NCBI GenBank assembly: GCA_963674965.2
Contig: CAXXFL010000007.1
Span: forward strand, 160,001 to 224,000
Source of the DNA: a bacterium
GTDB taxonomy: Bacteria > RBG-13-61-14 > DATKZS01
Direction: 5' to 3'
DNA length: 64,000 bases
A program made the position numbers and the translations under genes. A model generated the notes under the pieces. That model worked only from the letters and a program-made list of their open reading frames with translations. It was not told the origin of the DNA and did no database searches. Shown piece after piece: positions 32,901 through 38,900 of this stretch (the first letter of the stretch is position 1; every line of letters begins with the position of its first letter).

Positions 32901-35900
32901 CGACCCCGACACCGACGGCGACGGGCACGACGACCTCGCCGAGCTGTCGGCCGGGGCCAACCCGCTCGATCCCGATATCCTGCCCTCCCCTCTCGCCTGG
33001 GGTGGGGACACGGCCGTCAACCTATCCGACTACTTCATGGGAGACGGCCACTCCGTCTCCATCGCCTGGGCCGACGAATTCTACGGGGTGGCCTGGTGCA
33101 GGGACAATTCTTACTCCGGCGTCTGCGACTCCATCGAGTTCGCCGTGAAAAGCCTGCTCGGCGACTCCATCACGCCTCCCTTTACCTTGCCCACCTCCAG
33201 CTTCGCCTCGAGCCCGTCCATCGCCTGGACCGGCTCCGAGTTCGGCGTCGCCTGGTGTGAGGACAGCGACTGGGATTGGGTCTGCGACGGAGTGTACTTC
33301 GGCAGGATCGACCACGAAACCATGGCCATGGTGGGATCGACCCTGCCCATCGCGCCCTCCGACATGGTACCCAGTGAGCACCCCGACCTGGTTTGGACCG
33401 GCTCCGAGTTCGCCGTCACCTGGCATGACTTGGCAGACGATAACGACTGGTCCTGCGACCTGTGGACCGGAAGCACCGACTGCAATTACGAGGTGTATTT
33501 CACCAGAATCAGCGAATCGGGAGAAACCGTCTCCGCCCCCGTGAGAATAACCAACCAGCAGAGCATGAGCCTGTACCCGGACCTCCTGTTTAACCAGGAC
33601 TTGAACGAGTACGCCCTGGCCTGGGAGGACATGAAACTCGACGCCAACGACTGGTGCGAGATGGTGTGGGAATCCTCAGACTGCAACGGGGAGATATTCT
33701 TCACCAGGCTCACCGCCGGTGGGACCGTCATTGGACAGGAACAGAGAATCTCGCGCAGTCCCGGCTACAGCCAACACGCGTCCCTCGCCTGGACCGGGAC
33801 CGAGTACGGCCTCGCCTGGTGCGAGGACGACGAGGGCATGGGAGGAGGATGCGACGACGTTTACTTCTCCAGGATTTCCTCCCAGGGCGCCCCCGTCTCC
33901 GAGATCGTCCAGGTAACCTATAGCGAGGGCAAAACCTTCGCCCCCGACCTCGCCTGGATCGTGGACGGGTTCTGGATCGCCTACAGCGAGGACACCACCG
34001 AGTCATGGTACGGAGACGCCATTTACGTTGACGTGCTCACTCCCGAGGGAGACGAAACGGAATACCATCTCGAGCTTGCCGACGACGGAATGATGGCCTC
34101 GGAGTTTCCCGCCATCGCCGGAAACGACGTGGGAGCGGCCATCGCCTGGGAGGACGCCCGAGACGGCGACGTCGGAATACTTTTCTACCTCGTTAGCCGC
34201 GACGGAGACGGCGATGGACTGCCCGACGTCGTCGAGATGACCATGTGCGCCGATCAATTCAACCATGACACCGACGGCGACGGAATACTGGACGGGATCG
34301 AGGACGCGAACCTTAACGGCGTGGTCGATTCACCCGATGAAACCGATCCGTGCGATCCCGACACCGACGGCGACGGACTTTCCGACGGGATCGAGGACTC
34401 GGACCACGACGGGGTGGTGGACTCGAACGAAACCGATCCCACTCTCGCCGACACCGACGGCGATGGACTCTGCGACGGCTCGACCTCGGCCCCGGGCTGC
34501 GCCGCCGGAGAGGACTTGAACGGAAACGGAGTCGTCGACCAGGGAGAAACCGATCCATGCGACGCGGACTCCGACGGCGACGGAGTTAACGACGGAGATG
34601 AAACGTCCGCCGGGTCCAACCCCCTCGACGAGGACGTCGTCATGGGCTTCTCCGGCAAAGTGGGCGGAGACGTGCGCGTCACCTCCACCGCCGACGACTC
34701 ATGGGCCCCGTCCGTCGCATGGACGGGGTCCGAGTACGGACTGGCCTGGGAGGAGGACGTCGACGACTATTCCGAGATTTTCTTCCTTCGCCTATCGCCA
34801 CTGGGACAAAATATCGGCCTGAAGAAAAGGATCACCACGACTACCGATATCAGCTACAGCCCCAGCATTATGTGGACGGGCTCAGAGTTCGGACTGGCCT
34901 GGACCGACGGCCGCGACGGCAACTTCGAGGTTTATTTCAGCCGGGTCTCGGCCGCGGGAGTCAAAACCCTAGCCGATAAGAGAATCACCTATAACGATAC
35001 CGACGCCATACAACCGGTACTGGCCTGGACCGGGTCGGAATATGGACTGTCATGGATCGATGGCAACCAGGCCACGCCCATGGCCTGCTTTAGAAGGATC
35101 GCCCTTAATGGCGACACCGTGGCCCCCGAGGAAATTATAAGCTCAGGCGGCTCCGACATGTACTACCCGGACCTTGTCTGGGCCGAGTCCGTCTTCGCCA
35201 TGGCCTGGCAGGAAAACTACGGCGTAAGGTTTACCAGACTCGCCGCCGACGGATCGACCCTCCAGCCTTCATATAGCGTCTACTCCATGAATGGAAACGA
35301 CGGCGACCCGGCCCTCGCCTGGACCGGACAAAATTTCGGGACCGTCTGGGAAAATCGAGGGTCCATGGACGAGGAAATTTATTTCGCCCTGATCGGAGCG
35401 TCCGGCGACACGACAATCGGCTACGAGACCAGGGTCACCAACGCTCCCGAGATCAGCGTCACGCCGGCCATAGCCTGGAACGGATTCGAGTTCGGACTCT
35501 CATGGGAGGACTGGCGGGAAGGATTGAGCGATATTTACTTCACCAGGATCAGCGGCGACGGCGAGGAGATAGACGACGAGTTCTACCTATCAAGCGGAGG
35601 GGCCGACTCACACGACTCGAAAATCGTCTGGACCGGTTCGGAATACGGCGTCTTCTGGGCCGACTATCGGGACGAAAACTTCGAGATTTATTTCGCCAGG
35701 GTCGGGTTCGATTTCGACGGCGACGGCATACCCGATGGACTTGAAAGCCAGTTTTCCACCTCCCCCAACGATTGGGATACCGACGGAGACGGACTGGCGG
35801 ACGGCCTCGAGCTTTGCTACGACGAGGTCTGCCTCGCCTTCTCCTCCACACTCGATCCCAATCCAACCGTGATCGACACCGACGGAGACGGACTCACCGA

Positions 35901-38900
35901 TTACGAGGAGGTCATGGTACACTTTTCCAACCCGGCCAAAGCCGACACCGACGACGACGGCATGCCGGACAAGTGGGAAGTTGACAATAACCTAACCCCC
36001 ATCGCGGCCAACGCCAACGGCAATCCCGACAAGGACGGCCTGACCAACATTCAGGAATATCTGGCTGGCTCGAACCCAAATTCCGCCGACACCGACTCCG
36101 ACGGCATGCCCGACGGTTGGGAGGTTATCGATCACCCCTGCATGCATCCGACCGTTGACGACAGAAACATGGATTACGACAGGGACGGAATACTTAACCT
36201 GGACGAGTACAATCAAGGCAGGGACCCATGCGTGGTCGAGACCTTGCCCTCATCAACCTGCTCTTCAACCGTGTCCCTTACCAGCGCCGATACCGTCATG
36301 CTCACGTTTACCTCATCGGACAAGTACGCCGAGGTCAAGCTTAAAGTATCTTTCAATGGAGGGCCCTATCTATCCACTGGCCTTTCCGACTCCGACACCA
36401 CAAAGGGAAGCTTCGTTTATACCTTCAATAAAGGAAACGGAGTCTATCGTTTCCATACCATAGCCTCGCTTTCCCTGGTCCTGATTGAGGAACCTCCCGA
36501 GAGTCCGGACTATGACGCGCAAATAACCCTTGATGGATCGGCTCCCAATTCATACGTCAGTTATGCCCCGGCTTTCGTGCCCGATCATTTATTTTCGGTT
36601 CAATTCGCCTGTAATGACGAAAGCGCAGAGACCCGCCTTTATTACCGCAAGGACGGCGGGGGGTGGATGGACTCGGGTCTGGGGCTGTTGGCGGGGGACT
36701 CGGGGACTTTCAGCTTCACGCCGGCGGGCGAGGGGACTTACGATTTTTATACCATCGCCGGCGACCCGGCGGGGAACATCGAGGACCCGCCCACCTTCCC
36801 CGACAAGGACGCCACCACCGTGGTCGACGACTCGCCGCCCGCCGTTCCGGTCGTGACCGACGACGGGACTTACACGGGTTACACCGACCGCTTCCACGCG
36901 ACGTGGACGTGCGGGGGCGACAGCGTTTCGGGCGTTGTCCAGTATGACTACGCGATCGGTTCGTCGGCGGGGGCGACGGACGTGGTGGGGTGGACGGACA
37001 ACGCGACGCTGACGGAGGTGACCAGGTTCGGGCTCGAGCTCGAGGACGGGTCGAGTTACTTTATCGGGGTGAGGGCGGTTAACGGAGCGGGGCTGATGAG
37101 CGTGGGGTGGTCCGATGGGATACTCGTCGACTCGAGGGGGCCGGAGATCGCCTGGTCGTCGCCGGCGCATCGGGAGATCGTGAACGACGACATGCCGCCC
37201 GTGGATTTGCCGGTCAGTATAAACTTCATCGACCCGGGCGGGGCGGGGATCGACTGGTCGAGCCTCGAGATGGTGCTCGACTTCAGCACCGTGCAGAGCT
37301 TCAGCCAGGACGGGGACACGGTGAGCTTCGACGCGCTGGCCCTCGACCTGGGCAACCACGTGGTGAACGTGCAGGTCGCGGACCTGGCGGGGAACGGTCT
37401 TAACCGGAACGTCATCTTCGTGGTCGAGGACCCGCGGCGGGTGATAATCAATCCGGTATACGTGGAATGGGCCCCGGGCGACGGGGACGTGACCTTCGTG
37501 GCCGACGGCGGCACCGGCGCGTACCGGTGGGCGGCGACTGGCGGGGCGCTCGATTCCTTCACCGGGACCGAGGTTGTCTTCACGCCGGGCCCCGAGGCGG
37601 GGGCCTACGTGGTGGCGGTTTCTGACGCCAAGCTGGTGAGCGCGCAGGCGACGATAATTATTTCTGGCGAGGTCGAGGTGGCCCCGGCGGTGGTCCGCCT
37701 GAGCGCGGGCTCGGCGGCGACCTTCACCGCCTCGGGCGGTAGCGGCGACTTCAGTTGGACGGTCAACGGCGGCTCTTGCGTATTGTCGGGCGACCGTGAT
37801 GAAACGTGTTCGTATACGGCCTTCGAGTCGAGCGGGCAGTACTCGGTGAAGGCGCAGGCGGGCTCGGGCGAGAGCTTCACCAGCCGCGTGATCGTCACCG
37901 ATCCGGTGGGCCGGGCCATCGTGGTGGTGGGCGGCGGCCTGGTGGACTCGAACCGTCAGGTCGAGGCTCTGAACTCCCTTGGCCACCTCGCCTACGAGAC
38001 CCTTTTGGCTCGCGGCTTCGAGCCGGACCAGATCATGTACCTCAATCCCGACGCGACCCAGGCCTACGACGGCGACGGCGACGGCTACGCCGACGACGTG
38101 GACGGCGCTCCCACCCCGGCCGCTCTGCAGGCGGCCATCCTGGATTGGGCCACCGCCGACCTGGGGGTGGACAACCCGGGCGTGGGTCCGGGCGTGCCTT
38201 TAATAATTTATATGGTCGATCACGGGGGCGACGACTCGTTCCTCATCAACTTCACGGCCGCGGGCGCTGGCCAGGAGGTGACCCCCACCCAGCTCGACTC
38301 GTGGATCGACGCGGTGCAGGGGGGCGACACCTCGAACCCGAACGGGGTAGACGTGGTGGTGATTTACGACGCCTGCCGGTCGGGCAGCTTCCTGGACGAG
38401 GTGGGCGGCGGCGGTTCCGACCGTATCGTGATCACCAGCTCGGCGTCCTCGGAGAGCGCATACTTTGGCGTATCGGGCACGATCAGCTTCAGCCAGTTTT
38501 TCTGGCAGCGGGTCCGGACGGGCGCCACTCTCAAGTCGGCCTTCAACGACGCGGCGGCGGCGCTGGCCACCTGGGCCACGCAGACGCCGTGGCTGGACGA
38601 CAACGGGAGCGGGACTTACGCGGCCACCGGCGACGGCAAGGACGGCGACGCGGCGGACCTTTTCGTGGTGGGCGCGGACTTCGTTACCGGCGCGGTGCTT
38701 CCCGAGCTGACACCTCGCGGCGACGCGCTGCTCGAGGGCGACAGCCTGGATATTTACTCGGGCATACTTTACGCCAGCTCGAGCGAGATATCGGCCATGT
38801 TCGCCATTTTGACGCCGCCTGGCTTCTCACCTCCCCAGTCGGAGGGCAACTTCGACACGCCCTGGCTGGAGGACGAGGAGGGCAATCCCCTGCCTCGCGT

